The notes: generated by a model from the letters alone, not told the origin. A stretch of DNA of 63,968 nucleotides, filler included, from Piptocephalis cylindrospora (GCA_003614145.1; 5 parts of 5 records of this genome joined end to end with filler, not necessarily neighbours in it); one strand, 5' to 3'. Shown: positions 11,747 to 24,809, counted from the first letter of the whole stretch. Numbers and translations are program-made.

Positions 11747-12236
11747 TCAGCGGAGGTCACCGGATCCTTTCGATACGAAACCTATTCTCCGAGGCATCCT
11801 GTAAGATGGATGGATTTATGACCCCACCCTCTCACGTATGAGCAAAACTTACCAAACTTTTTCCGTTCATAAAACAAGTCTGTCTTGGCTGAACCCAAAT
11901 TAACAATCTTGGGACATCCATCTCGGTCCTTTTCCTGGATCGTGCACTCTTTACAGTAGTACGCGTCCGAGATGCCTGGGCCCCCACAGATCACGCATCG
12001 TCCCTGGTAGCTTCCGTAGTTGCACTCATCGCATATCCGGACCAACGTGGTGGGTCGAACGTATGAATCACAGATCACGCACTTGCCATCACCTTGGGAT
12101 TGGGAGGGAGATGAGGACTGATACCAAGTGGATAGCACCTACCCCTCTTTCCTCACTTACATTTTTCACACAGACGCCCAATGGCAATGCCTGGCTGTTT
12201 CCGGCAAAAGATCAAGTCGGGATGGTGCTTGGCCAT
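11747..12236 (-). CDS. RDS3: SF3b splicing factor PHF5A/Rds3/Ini1 (2 introns)
   Basis: [26 protein letters not shown] / [32 protein letters not shown]...[15 protein letters not shown]. Confidence 0.96.
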
Positions 12237-12470
12237 ATCGTAAGAATGTAGGATGAAAAGAAGGTTGTAGGATGAGGGGATGAAGAAGCAAAGAGAGAAT
12301 AGACGGGTGCTACACTATGTGTGATGATCCAACCTGCAGTTTAAAGCGTATTGATGCACACACTCTTGTTGTTACTATTTACCGCACACATGAACAAACG
12401 CGAGTGCATGTGAAGGAGTGATCCAACTTCCTCTTTCTATCCGCTTTCCTCTCTTCCCTCTCAACTTACA

Positions 12471-13192
12471 ATGTCCTTAACCGCACATCAGTCTCTTCCA
12501 ACCGGATGGACGATACACTTGACCCCAGACGGTCAAACACCTTACTATTATTTACATGCGTCTAAATTCTCCTCTTGGACCCATCCCACTCAGCTAGCCC
12601 CCCAGGCTATCCCCCCCCCGGTCAGTCGAAGGCTTCAAGGAAAGCTGGTTAGAGAGGCTGGACCTGACCGACCCAAAAAAGTCCATGGGATCCCCGGAGT
12701 GAAAGAGTGGAAGCGAGTGCGGACCATCCAGGGCCGAAACTACTACTACCATGTTCCCACAGCCCAGTCTGTCTGGACTATTCCTCCCGAGGTTCTTTCT
12801 GTTCTTCAAAAGAAGGCCCCCCCCCGGTCTTTCTGTAAAAGAAGAGGGCCAAAAAGAGGAGGGAGAATCAATGATGGATGATAGTGTGCCTGTGTAAGTA
12901 ATCTTTTGATCCTGTTGATCCTTTTGATCCTGGCTTAGCCTCACCTTGCTCATGCCCCATAGATTTGACGAAGGCGATGTAGCATGGCAATTACAAATGA
13001 TGCAGGAAGAAGGTGGGATGGAGGATGGGGATGAAGGGGAGCTTCAAGAGTACCCAACGGACTTTTCTAAAGAAGGGTGTATCCGTCAGTTTATTGTAAG
13101 TCGTATCATGTATCCTATCCTGATGTATAATATCTCTTTCTTTCTCTCTCTCATACCTCGCTTTCATCAGGATATGCTGTACGATCACCATG
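12471..13192 (+). CDS. WW-domain (probably WW/FF) protein; 3' truncated by contig end, apparent +1 frameshift in a C9 run
   Basis: Two WW domains (LPTGW..HLTPDGQTPYYY...SSWTHP; W..V.T.QGRNYYYHVPTAQSVWTIP) and a downstream exon FDEGDVAWQL. Confidence 0.75.
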
Positions 13193-13292
13193 NNNNNNNN
13201 NNNNNNNNNNNNNNNNNNNNNNNNNNNNNNNNNNNNTTAATTAATTAANNNNNNNNNNNNNNNNNNNNNNNNNNNNNNNNNNNNNNNNNNNN
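13193..13292. other. Artificial contig linker (N run + TTAATTAATTAA)
   Basis: 100 nt with stop codons in all six frames. Confidence 0.97.
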
Positions 13293-14023
13293 ACCTGGTC
13301 TGTCCTTTTCCTCGAGTCTTTCCACGCCGATTTGGCCGTCATCCTGCAGGTAATTTGGGTCGTCTTGGCGAAAGAAGCGAGCTCATCCATCCATTTTGCT
13401 ACTTTATCGGCAATACTATCAGGGGACTGTTGGTTCATTGGTTCCTTCATCTATGAGGGATGGGGGGGAGGGGATTTCTATAGAATGGTGCAAGACTCCT
13501 GTAGGCGGGGATGGCAGCCTATCTACCAGGGAATTCTTAGGGGAGGAGGGTGGAAGGAATGCTGTCCCGAAGCGTGTGCCCTTTTCCCCTACTACAGGGT
13601 CACCTGGCCCTGGCCTAGCGGAGTTGTCTCGTCCTACTCTCTCCGCTCTCATCGTGTTCATCCCCCCTATCCACATTGTTGGAAAGTCCGACAGGTTGAC
13701 TGGAGCATCAGCATCCGCTCAGAGGCAAGAGGAGCGATCAAGATGCAAGTACCTAAACAGGAGGAGGGAACAATGGAATAATCTCAATTGCATTGCGCTT
13801 GAAGATATGACCTTTTTTACCCTATAGTCCTATGGCTTATTTGTGATTTCTAATCCTCTTCACCTCAATGCAGCTTATCATGGCAGGCTAGTAGCCCCAT
13901 AAACTATGACTAACCCCCTGTCAAGGGAGCAGCTCTGTATATCATCTCTCGTAAAAGATAAAGGATCTATCAAAAACATAGTCCAAACATTACCATTCTC
14001 TTCCACAGCCAAAGAGTGTCCAT

Positions 14024-15337
14024 TCATCGACGCGGCTTGTATCCCTTGCTCTTGGCCGGGGCCACCCGACCCTTTTTGCCCTTGGTCCCTGCTGGCCCCT
14101 CCATTGATTTGCGCTTCCCCGAAGCATCCTTGGAGCTGGGTGAAGAGGTAACCTTAAAGAACCCATCCAGCCTTCCCTGTGGCGCTACCTTGAGGCCCTT
14201 GGTGAGCTTTTCCACGCCTGCTCGAATTCTTTGTTCACTACTCATGATGATGAAGGGCAGGGGTGTGAGTGCACAGTCTTCTCGTGCTGCATCCATAGCC
14301 ATCCCTCAGTGTACCTAAATCCATTTTCCTTGACCATCATCTGAATGACCCCTTCCACATCGGGTTCATTCCACTTGAGCTAGTCATCGCGTAAGATGGG
14401 GTGAGTGAGTGGCTCTTTATGGGAGATCGCCCCATCATGTCCCATCACCTACATCAACTGTATCTCCCGAGAGAACATCGGGATTCTTAAATAATTCCCG
14501 GGACGCCTTGTACGGCCAATCCTCGGGTACGGGGTACTTGCTCTGGTCCAGGTTTTCCAATACCGTCTCAATGGTCTTGTGCTGTCGAATCAAAGCAAGG
14601 GCCCGGTGGGGTCCGATCCCTCGGATAGAGTCACAGTAATCACAGCCTAGAAGGATGCACAGATCGATGAACTGGTCCATGGTCAGGTCCAGGCCCTCCA
14701 GTGCCTTCTTCAGATGAATCTCGTCAATGGGCATCTTTCGTGCCTCGGAAAAGGTGAGGTGTCGAAGGAGGATGGAGGAGTTGAAGGTCAAGGTATCCAT
14801 GTCCTCCGAAGCCGAGGCAAACACCTTGCCAGCTCGGCACAACTCAGCGCACTGGGCTTCCGCCTCACAGGGCGCATTCAAGAATGGGATACCCATCAGC
14901 GTGAGAAGTCGCTTGCACTCCTGATTATGCTGTGCCGTCACCTTGACCATCCGACGACTATGCTTGTCAAAGCTTTCCTGATCCCCGGCCTCCTTGGCCT
15001 CTGTCATCCCCTTAATGGCGATCTGCCGTTTCTCCAGACGCTTGGCTAGCTCCCCCGACTTGAGTTGCGGAGGCTTCCCGTCAAATACGTACAGAGGCTT
15101 GATCCCGTACTCGACCATCCGGATGGTCCGGTAAAAGATCCCCATCAGGTGGGAAGTGGTCTCTCCCTCCTCGTTCTGCAGCATCTGGCCCTCGGACCGC
15201 ACGGCAATCAGAAACTGGTAGATGGACATGGAGGCATCAATCGCCACTTTTCGTCCAAAGTACGATTTGATCTCCTGCTTGTGAATGGCATGGGGGGCAT
15301 TGTCGGCAATCACCTTGGCAAGTCCACTGATACCCAT
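14024..15337 (-). CDS. FEN1: Flap endonuclease 1
   Basis: MGISGL...[54 protein letters not shown] box QGRLDGFF, basic tail; 3' introns. Confidence 0.97.
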
Positions 15338-15684
15338 CTTTAAAAAGGAGGAGAGGGGCTGTAAACGAGAGAAGAGGGAGGGAGAAAAAAAAGGATCGCG
15401 TTAGATCGGAGATACTGCCACTACGGTGGTGGAAATGTCAACACGATCAGGACGCGATTTGGCTTTGTATACGATGACTGCACATTTCCAGCAAGTGGAA
15501 TAGTCAAGGGCGCTGAGCGACTTCTGATCATAATCATGATCGTGAGCCATGAATCTTTCGACAAGTATTCCACACATATGATCAAAAGGCGTACATGGTG
15601 ACTCGAGGATACGACAGATTAAATGTATACAAAGACTATCTATTCCTCCTCTAGCAGTACATCCACTTGGTTCATATCTCAGCC

Positions 15685-18384
15685 TTATCCTGCCTTGATG
15701 GGAGCTGGGTCCGTCGTCGACTGGGAATCTGGGATACGGCTCACATCTTGAGATTCCTCTCTCAAACGCTCATCCCCATAAAGCTCTAGGCGCTCGGGAA
15801 GCACATCATCCAGGATCCACCGTTTCCGATCTCGTTGCCATACCGCGCCCCTCACTTCCACGGGTATGTCACGGGCTTCGAGTTGTCCCCTTAGCGCCTC
15901 GGATCTCGAGTCCGTCTCCTCCGAATCCCGTCCGGTCCAGATAATTTCATCCTTGGTTTGGGTCAAAAGAGACCAGGATGAATCAGTAGAGCTTCTATTC
16001 CCTTCCCCGACTCTTCTTTGGTCTTTAGGTACGTCGTCTTCCATAGACCCTCTGGCGCCAGTCTCCATTCCTCCTCCCTCCCCGAGGTCTCCTGTTATGG
16101 CGATATCCTCCGGGGTGGGGGGCGGGGACAGTTCTCGCCAAAATTTCGGGCCATACCTTCGCTGAATCCACGTATTGACCACAGCTGTTAGGATAAGAAG
16201 AACTACCGAAAGAGCAAACTGTCCCCAGGCCTCCCGGGTGCCAAAGAGCCCCATGAGCAGGAGTTCAAAAAGGTAAAACCCGGTAAAGGAGTGGGAGATC
16301 ATGCGCAAATGTCCTCGTCCTCGGAGCACCTTGTCCGGACCCGACGTATCCATCACATAGAGAAAGAGATATCGGTAGACGAGATAGAAGAATCCAAAGG
16401 CCACAGCCATGAAGGGAAGAATGAGGGGCTGAATAACGGAGAAGCATATACCAATGCAAAAAAGAAGCTCCATGGGCGGGAGAAATGTGCCCCAATCCAC
16501 CTGGGGAGTGGCCTTGGCCATTACCAAGGCCCTAGGTCCCCCTCGACGCGATCCCATATACGTGCCAAAGTGTCGCATGAAGAAGGGACCGATCTGGAGT
16601 AAGGCCATGGCTGGCCCCATCAGACCATTCATGATAGTATAATTGACAAAGAAGGTAGAAGATTTGGGAAATCCGGTGGCCAGGAGAGTGGCGGCCTTGC
16701 TGGGCTCATCCACGATTTGGCCAATGGCCGAGAACAGACCTCCAGAGATGGTGACAACCAGGAGGACATTGACCACCTGAGAAAGGAGGGTGTTTTTAAT
16801 CATTCACCATCCTCTATATTAGTAACCATAGTAAAAATGGTATGAAAATGAGCTTACAATAAAGAAAAAGTACTTATGCTGTAGAGATAGAGCTACTTCA
16901 CTTAGTAGGGGAACGCCCTCTAAGCGGCATAGAGCGGTGAGGATGACGGGGAGAAGGGCGGTGAGGATGGCAACGGCCAGGGTGGGAAGTACACCCTGTA
17001 TGATACCAACTGCAACGGGAGAGAAGGTCAGGAGAGGATCGAGGAAGGGAAGAAGGGTGGTGAGGTTGGAGAGGGTTGAAATGCTCCCGGCGAATGCAGC
17101 TATGGGTAAATGAGGAAGAGAAGGCCAGGATGAAGGTGAGGGCGAGGAGAAATGAATAAATACACTGGGAAAAGCTAATACTTACTGATTATACTCCAAA
17201 AAATAATCAAAGCCAGCGCAATGAGCCAGGAAATGAGTTTCCGGACAAGGCGATAATAGCCAAAAACAAAGAGGTTGGACGGGATGACGTCCTCCACGGC
17301 AACCTCGGGATACCGTTCAATCCCGGCCAAGCTGGGAGGGTTCTTGGCCCCGACCACGGACCATAGGCTCTCCTGGGTGTTAAAAGAAACCAGGGCGACG
17401 GGTCTTTCCTCATCCTTCATGCTGGCATGATTGCGGGCCACCTTCTCGGAGTACTTGACATACTCATCGGTCTTGTGCGGGATGACCTGACGTTTTTCCC
17501 CGAACAATCGGTACTTTTTGGACGTGGCCTCCTTACCAGTGCGAATGTAAGCGCAACAGGCAGATTCGAGGGCTCGGGCAGCCTTTAGGTATTTTCCCTT
17601 GGCCTTTTCCAGCTTTTTAATATTGGGCAGGATCTGAACGCCCTCAACAGAATGGGTTGGGGCGTAGGTCGAGACGATGGCCTCAGGAGTCCTCGAGCCC
17701 TTTGGGAGGCGGCGGATGAGGAGATTGCGTGATTTAGGATGAAGCTGATGACCTGGTGAATGCATGTATGCGGTACGCAAGGCGACAGATATGCGCAGTT
17801 CCCGGACAAATAGGGCAATGGAAGCACCTGGTCCCAAGGGCACGCGCGAGAGAGGTTTAGGGGTGCACGAACCATCCCATCCCATCCCTACCTCGCTCCC
17901 AATACATACCAACAAAGATCCAAGACAGGATGAGATGGGCCCAGAGACGCCTATTGGAGGTGATATTGCCAAAGGTAATGGAGTTGATGCCTTTTAGGTT
18001 GCCCTGTCCTACGGCGCATACTGGTCCTAGAATGGGTAGACCCAGGACAGTGAAGGCGGCAAAGAGGGAGCCGCACAGACGGAGGTAGCGGAGGAATACC
18101 ACACCGTCCAGGCCAAGCTGACCGACCATATGGCCGCGTAGATGTCGATTGCCCAGGAGGAAGGATCGGAGGAAGGGGATAAATTTGGATGGAGCGGGAT
18201 TATTTTGGCGAAAACGCGAGGCCACATTGGTCTTTGGGGAGTAGATGATCTGAAAATGGGTTCGAAGAATAAAGAAGCCAATGAGGGCCGCGCATCCGAC
18301 AGCGATGTACAGGATAAAGGCTGAAAGGAAGGTGGCGGTCGCCTGAGTAGGATCATCGGTGGCTTGGTTATCATTATCTGCCAT
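15685..18384 (-). CDS. CSC1/OSCA/TMEM63 (DUF221, Rsn1/Phm7-like) calcium-permeable channel
   Basis: IYSPK, GLDGVVFLRYL, LWAHLILSW, cytosolic RRM-like linker, LLATGFPKSSTFFVNY, FSVIQPLILPF, LVYRYLFLYV; multiple introns. Confidence 0.92.
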
Positions 18385-18430
18385 GGTTTAAGAGTGAAAG
18401 CGAGGGAATGGTTGATTTTCAAGCGTGCCA

Positions 18431-18512
18431 GAGAAGGGAGAAAGAGAAAGAGAGAAAGAGAAAGAGAGAAAGAGAAAGAGAGAAAGAGAAAGAGAGAAAG
18501 AGAAAGAGAGAA

Positions 18513-18547
<35 letters not shown>

Positions 18548-18550
18548 GAA
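18431..18550. repeat. Purine-only (GAAA/GAGA) low-complexity tract in the 5' region of the CSC1-like gene
   Basis: About 120 nt of only G and A. Confidence 0.9.
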
Positions 18551-19430
18551 AATATTGGTGATGGCTAATGGAGCAGTGCAATGTCTTTATATGATTAGCG
18601 AAGGATAGCTGATAAACCCTTGCTGTGGGGAAGACGAGAGGGTAAGCAATAGAAAGTCTACATATTTGCATTTCCCCCCTTTACCCGTAGGGTTCAAGGG
18701 AGTAGGATGAGGTGGACATGACGTGGTGAGCAGAGAAAGCCTCTTGTCGAGCCAGAGGATGGTGATGTTGGGCCCAGGGTTGAAGTCAACGGGTTTCTGC
18801 AAGGGCTCATCCAGATGAAGGGAAGAGATATAGGTGAGCTTTTGTAGGTATTTCATGGGCTCTCCTCATTTCCTTTCCCCTTACGTTCTCCCTTTCCATG
18901 TGATATGACCTAGTCGGTGTTTACGATTGACATGGCGATGACGGATTTTAAGGGGGAAGTATTTTTAAGGGGATCTGGACGATCTCGTGTATCTGAATGT
19001 AGAGGATACTGGAATTATAGGGAACGATAATGGTGGTTTTGGCTCTAAGGCGGAGAACTATAGTATTTGGATATTATCCCTAATGTAATAATGTAATAAA
19101 TAATTCGTTGAGAGCAGGTGCCATGGCGAGGTCGAGAGAAAGTTGCAGAGCAGAGATGACCTCCCATCCTATCTTTCTCAGTGAACCATCATGCCCGGAC
19201 ATATGGACATGACCTGTGCTTTACGTACATCCTTGGCCCATAACACACTTTGTTGATTGTGTCACACCAGTGTTCAAATCGGAATGAAAAAAAGAAAAGT
19301 CAAATCGTTCGCATGTTTGCTTCTCCACAAATAAGGCAACCTAAGCATCTAGACGACAAAGACTCGTCTCCCCTTCTACATCATTTGCTTCCTATCTTTT
19401 GCCTTTTACCCCCTTGACTAGCCGCACGAC

Positions 19431-20770
19431 ATGCTTCGAGGATCGAGTAGCCAACTGATTAGGTCATTCTGTCCTAGAGGACAAGGGATGGCTCCCTCTA
19501 CGATCACCACAGCCCTTACCCACCCTCTGGCTAGGTGGACTCGCGGGGCTGCACAGGTCACAGCCATGGACCGGGAGGCGTCTTTTTCCTCAGACCTACC
19601 AAAAGACGCTGACTTTGTCCCTGTCTTCTCTGCACGTACATTTCAGTATGGGGATGTGGTCTTGGTTCGGGAGCGACGCGATAAGACGCGTGTAAGACTC
19701 ATCGGTCCTTTGACGCCTGAGGGTAGGTTGGGATGGTGCAAGGGTGGTCTGTCAGGGTACAGGACTCATCCTCGATATTCATGCCTTTGATTTCTAGGAG
19801 CGGTGGGGAACTCTAGGGGTCAAATGAACCACTCGGCGCTGGTGGGAAAATCACCGAGGGATAAAGTGGATTTCCCTAATGGACAACCGGGATATATTTT
19901 GCATGAGCCCTCACTGGAGGAGTAAGTTATTGCGGCCCATTAAGACTTCAATGTCCTCCTTTGAGTACAGCGATTTATCTCACCCTCTTCCTCTGTTTGA
20001 GGGTGTGTAGATATACACTACTGGCTGGTCGACACTGTACCCCGGTGTATCCAAAGGATGCCTCCGCTATTGTATGTGTGTGGGGTAGAGTCTCATTGTC
20101 TTGCAATGTCTTACATCCTATCCCCATCTATATGATGATGGTGTAGGTCTCCTTACTAGGGATCCACCCGGGCGATCGTGTGCTGGATGCAGGTACAGGG
20201 AATGGGGCGCTAGCGTTGCATTTAGCCCTATATGCGCGGCCGGAGGAGGGGTCAGTGGGCCCATGCATTCATACGGTGGAAAGGAGGGAGGATCACCATA
20301 GATTGGCCAAGAAGTTTGTTGCGGGCTACCGTCGGGGCCTCTTATCCCCGCACATTGCCTTTCATCAAGGCATGCTATCCGAGATATTGCCCACCTTGCC
20401 TGTGCCCTTTGACGCTGCCGTCCTGGACCTCCCTGATGCACACCTACAGCTCCAATACCTTGCGCCGATGGTCAAGCCGGATGGACATGTTCTCTGCTAT
20501 GTACCGCACATGAGCCAGGTGATGGAGTGCGTTCATGCGGGTCAGGAAAGTGGGATGGGAATGGACCGGGTAGTGGAGGTGGGGTGGCGAGAATGGGAAG
20601 TTGGACGGACTCGCGTTCGTACTCAAGGCGAAGGGGATTCCGGGGCCGGGGTGTGGATGTGTCGCCCGGAGCACCGACCGGCTGGACACACTGGCTTCTT
20701 GGTGCTTTTACACAACCGACGCCATGCTCCCAAAGGTTCAGGGGATGAAGAGGAGAGGATGAAGAGGTGA
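19431..20770 (+). CDS. tRNA m1A58 methyltransferase catalytic subunit, TRMT61B/TrmI-like, likely mitochondrial
   Basis: Arg/Ser-rich presequence; FQYGDVVLV, PSLEEY, TPVYPKDASAI, VLDAGTGNGAL, FDAAVLDLPD, GHTGFLV; 3 introns. Confidence 0.85.
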
Positions 20771-21021
20771 TTGTGCGTGATTATTCCTAGTCTGGATGGG
20801 CTCACCCTTCTTTGAACATACAATGTTTGATATGCACTATGGCTTATGATAACGCAAGTCTCTCTGTGAAGGGCTTGCATTATATGTGTGATGAAAGAGA
20901 GAGGGAGGGAGGAGTGTATTGCCATGGCCAGTGAATCAATCACCTTCACCCCAGCGACCTACTTGGAGGCAGAGCCTTACCTCTCCTCACTATGGCAGTA
21001 GACCCCAAGAGAAACAATTAC

Positions 21022-21300
21022 CTAGTTGTCCTTCTCAGGGGAGCGCTTGGCGGGGGCAGACTCAGGCGTGACGGTTCCATTAGCTGCGCTCGCGCTCTGG
21101 TCCTCGAGAAGCTTCTCTTGGGCTTTGGGATCGTTATTGGAAGTAAGGGCGGCGGCGTTGTTGCCGGCCCAGAGGGTTCCAGGAGCCCAGACGCTAGCGA
21201 AGTAGTTATTAGAGAACCACGGGGTGGGGACAGACTGGGCCGGAGAAACGAATAGGGCGATGGCGGCCACCAGGACGATAGAGAGGGAGGAAGAGCGCAT
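21022..21300 (-). CDS. Small secreted protein A (92 aa)
   Basis: Signal peptide MRSSSLSIVLVAAIALFVSPAQS|VPTPW; intronless; same architecture as 22398..22673. Confidence 0.78.
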   Translation of the reverse strand: MRSSSLSIVLVAAIALFVSPAQSVPTPWFSNNYFASVWAPGTLWAGNNAAALTSNNDPKAQEKLLEDQSASAANGTVTPESAPAKRSPEKDN

Positions 21301-22397
21301 GTTGATAACGGGATGGATAGTGGCGATTAGGTGGGGACTAGGATGGGACAGGTAGGTAGACGATGGAGAGTAGGAGATGAATATGAAGGTAGAGGATGGA
21401 AAAAGAGAGAGAGAGAGAGAGAGAGAAAGAGGATGTGGGGGAATCGGGAATAGGCTAGATGATGAGGGAAGGCTGTCCTCTTTATGCTTGGGAGCCCCGC
21501 GTCTTTTCCCAAGATGTCTTCGGGGATAGTGGTGGACCAAGTGAAGATTGGTTAATCAATGGAATGACTATGAGGGGAACCCTTTGGCCTGAAGGGTCTT
21601 GCCGAGCCCCCTTTTTTTTATGTCTGAGGCTGTGGAAACTCCGCTTTGCCTCCATGAGCCTAGGGGAGCGTGCAGACTCCGCCGACCGATGGTTCTCACG
21701 CGCGTCTTTGACGGGTAGGATCTTGGTCATTGGATCGTGGAGCCGAGCCATTTGTTCATAGGCTTTGATCCTCCTCTATAGTGGGAGAAATTGGTGATTG
21801 TATTCTACTCACAAAAAAAGTGTACCTCACTATTCTGATAGCCGATAGGCACTTCTCGAGGGAAAGAAAGAGAGGGTGTGAGAGGAATATATGTTTATTA
21901 TTATCTGCAGGGAGAGGTTTGAATGGAAGAGTGGTTCACGCGGAAGGGAGGTCATTGGCCATTCTCATCTCATCTGCTCACCTCGGAGGTAAGCACCCTG
22001 ATGATTGGTACGGGCTAGGGAACAAGGAGAAGGGTTCTTCCTCAAAACATGATCCATAGTGGGGAAATGGTCAGGAGATCAGGCTGACGGTGTTTATAGG
22101 CAGAAGAAGTGAGTGAGTCAATGTATGCATATCTGCTCACACAGATGGGACAGGGGTGGAGAGTGACGGGTGTATCTCCCTTTTGCTTGGATGGAATAAA
22201 AGCATATTCCTCTTTTCATTGTCCACTTTATCATCTAATCACATTGGAGACACACGCAATCGAGGGAATAAAGAAGAAATGGAATTGGGAACAGAATGTA
22301 ATCATAGATGGATGATTACACATCAAGAAGACCTATTAGCGCTCCTTGTCCTCGTCAAAGGACTGAGCAAGATGGAGGGTGATCCGAGGAGTACGCA

Positions 22398-22673
22398 TCA
22401 GTTCCTGTGCTTCTTGTTTCCCTTGTTATGCTCACGCTGTTTAGCGGCCTTGGCCTGCTCCCTAGCTGCGGCCTTGATGGATTTGGCCTGAGCATCATCT
22501 CCGTCGTCTCCTGAGACCAGGGCACTGTCGATCCCACCAAAGTACGCGAAGGAGCTTACTGGGTTATAATCAAAGCTCCACCAAGGAGCGGGCGTGGGGG
22601 CGGACTCGGCAGTTGGAACAAGGGCGCCAATGATGGCCACTAGGGCGATCAGAGAAAGGGCAGAGGTACGCAT
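22398..22673 (-). CDS. Small secreted protein B (91 aa)
   Basis: Signal peptide MRTSALSLIALVAIIGALVPTAES|APTPAPW; intronless. Confidence 0.78.
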   Translation of the reverse strand: MRTSALSLIALVAIIGALVPTAESAPTPAPWWSFDYNPVSSFAYFGGIDSALVSGDDGDDAQAKSIKAAAREQAKAAKQREHNKGNKKHRN

Positions 22674-22768
22674 AATGGCGATTAGAGGTGATTAGAGAAG
22701 GGGGAGATGGGATGTGTTTGGGAGGTGGGTTAGGGCTAAGACACGCAGTGTCTGGAGAAGGAATAAGG

Positions 22769-22771
<3 letters not shown>

Positions 22772-22812
<41 letters not shown>

Positions 22813-22836
22813 GTGAGAGTGAGAGAGAGAGAGAGA
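22772..22836. repeat. (GA)n microsatellite upstream of secreted protein B
   Basis: Long GA run; a shorter GA run at ~21403-21429 lies upstream of protein A. Confidence 0.9.
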
Positions 22837-24809
22837 TGAGGAAGAGAGTATGTTTTTGACCTTGGAGGCAGAGGATGAAAGGCGAAAAGTGCGAAAGACC
22901 AGGGGGTCTATAAGGAAGATGAAGAATGGGGATAAATGGGCAAGGAGGATATGAAGGAAAAGGAGTCCCTCTGTAGCACATTCATCTCGTCAATCCAACC
23001 CTTTTTAACTTGTCCTGGGTGAATGGAAGTTGGGGCGGATCATCCGATGCCCCATCGGATTCCCTGGTAAAAATGAGGAGGCGAAGCGGGGAGAATGGTC
23101 CTCAGGCGGGCCTGGCTGTGGAACCCAAGGTGCGATTTTGTATCCCCCGGTTGCCTGCGCATCGATGATGCATCTTCCCTCAAGAGATGTACTCTCCGTC
23201 CTTGGTACCTTTTCATCTCCGTGTTACTATTCAACTTCCGCTTGTGAATCAATGGGTCAGGGAACCAATATGAAGGCTGAGAACGTGAGTCGGAGAGTAG
23301 AACTGGGTGTGTTTTTCACATCGTATGCCTCTCAAATTTAGAGTGAAGCTGCATATCGAGGAGAGACTAGCGTGTCGGCCGACACTAGTGCGTCTTACCC
23401 CCTACTTCCCGGTGTATTCAAGGAGGCAGCCTGACCTGCAAGGCGATGGGAGCGGAAAAGAGGACGGTTGATATAGAAACCTTTCCAGCCCACATCTTGT
23501 CATTCTTCCTTAGTCCTATTCTTGGAAGCGACTATCAATCTTTACGGGAAAACAGCATGCCTTGGTGCTATGAGTACAGCCTGAGAAAGAGGGGGGAGTG
23601 AAGACCCTGGCAAGAGTGACTTCCCGTGATCAGCCGCTCTCATATACCAAGGGAGACGGATCATCATAGTAGTAGTAAACAGCGAAGGGGGGGACGGATC
23701 ATCATAAACAGCGAAATGTGGTGGGAAAAATAAAAATTCACTATTTTTCTATATCAATAAGTGTAATTAGAATCCTAGGTTTGATACTGAGACATTTTTC
23801 CTATATTGACCAAAATCACACATCGCATATTCGTTCTAAGCTTTACATTTGGAAATTCGTTTTAAATGTCTCTTATTTTGATCCCAGGTAATCCCCTCCT
23901 CCCATCTCTCACAAATCCACCACATTGCGCACGTGATCCTGGCTGGACATGCTAATTAGTGGGATATCTCATGGTGGTAAAGATCAGCTTCTACTGGGTG
24001 GGAATTCGTGCTTTCTCGGATGTACCGTGCCAGTGGTAAGTATCATTTCTCCATCCATCCATCCTGCATGAGAGAGACCTGTTCCCTCTCCTGCCCTTCG
24101 GCAATGGCCATACCCGTGTGTATGTTGTGTAGTATAAGATGCGGATATCAACTCACACTCATGCAACTTCCATCTTTGCCCTACCCTGCCCTGCCTTGTC
24201 CCCTCCCCCTAATGGGGTTGACCTTGACACCAACTGTGGCAGTGGATCGACATTCCAGTGATCTGCTCGTGTCTCTCCCTTGCTTGCTCGTCAGCAAAGT
24301 CCTGGCACGTCCTAGTGCCTCCTAAAGCAAGCTTCCATATGTCCCCTACCACCACATCCCTGACTCAATGGAGATTGGAATGGGGAGGGGGGGGGGCAGT
24401 AGGACACGACCGGCCCACATGGAGATGTCCTTGTACTCATGAGTCATTCCTTTTTCCCGTTGCATTTGCCCCTCTGGGGGCGTGGAGCAATGCTGCTTCT
24501 AGCTGGAAGAGCTAGGCACACACACAGACACACACACGCCCTGAGCTACTGTGCTAGATGGGTAATAAACAGCCATGCTCATCGTGGTGCTTTAAGGGAC
24601 GGTGGTGGGGGAAAGCCAGGCCCAATCCTTCTCTCACTCTTTTTTACTCACTCTTTCCCTCTTCCCTCTTTCTTTTTCCTTCTTAAGAGTCCTCTATCCT
24701 CTTCCCTTTTTTTTGCTTGACTCATCCTCCTCACCTCCCTGCTTGTTCCTTTTGCTTACCTCACCCCCTCCTCACTCCTTCCCGGTGTATCCCTCCCTCT
24801 CCCAACAAG

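Noticed and set aside
13238..13249. TTAATTAATTAA palindrome recurring about every 13 kb, as a possible biological repeat or array
   Set aside because: Always embedded in N runs; it is an all-frame-stop assembly linker.
13293..13827. ORF fragments at the start of contig 2
   Set aside because: Possibly the 5' part of a truncated minus-strand gene, but no family can be recognised and frames are inconsistent.
18027..18671. ORFs with FLSLSL / KRERE repeats
   Set aside because: Translations of the purine tract in the CSC1-like gene's upstream region.
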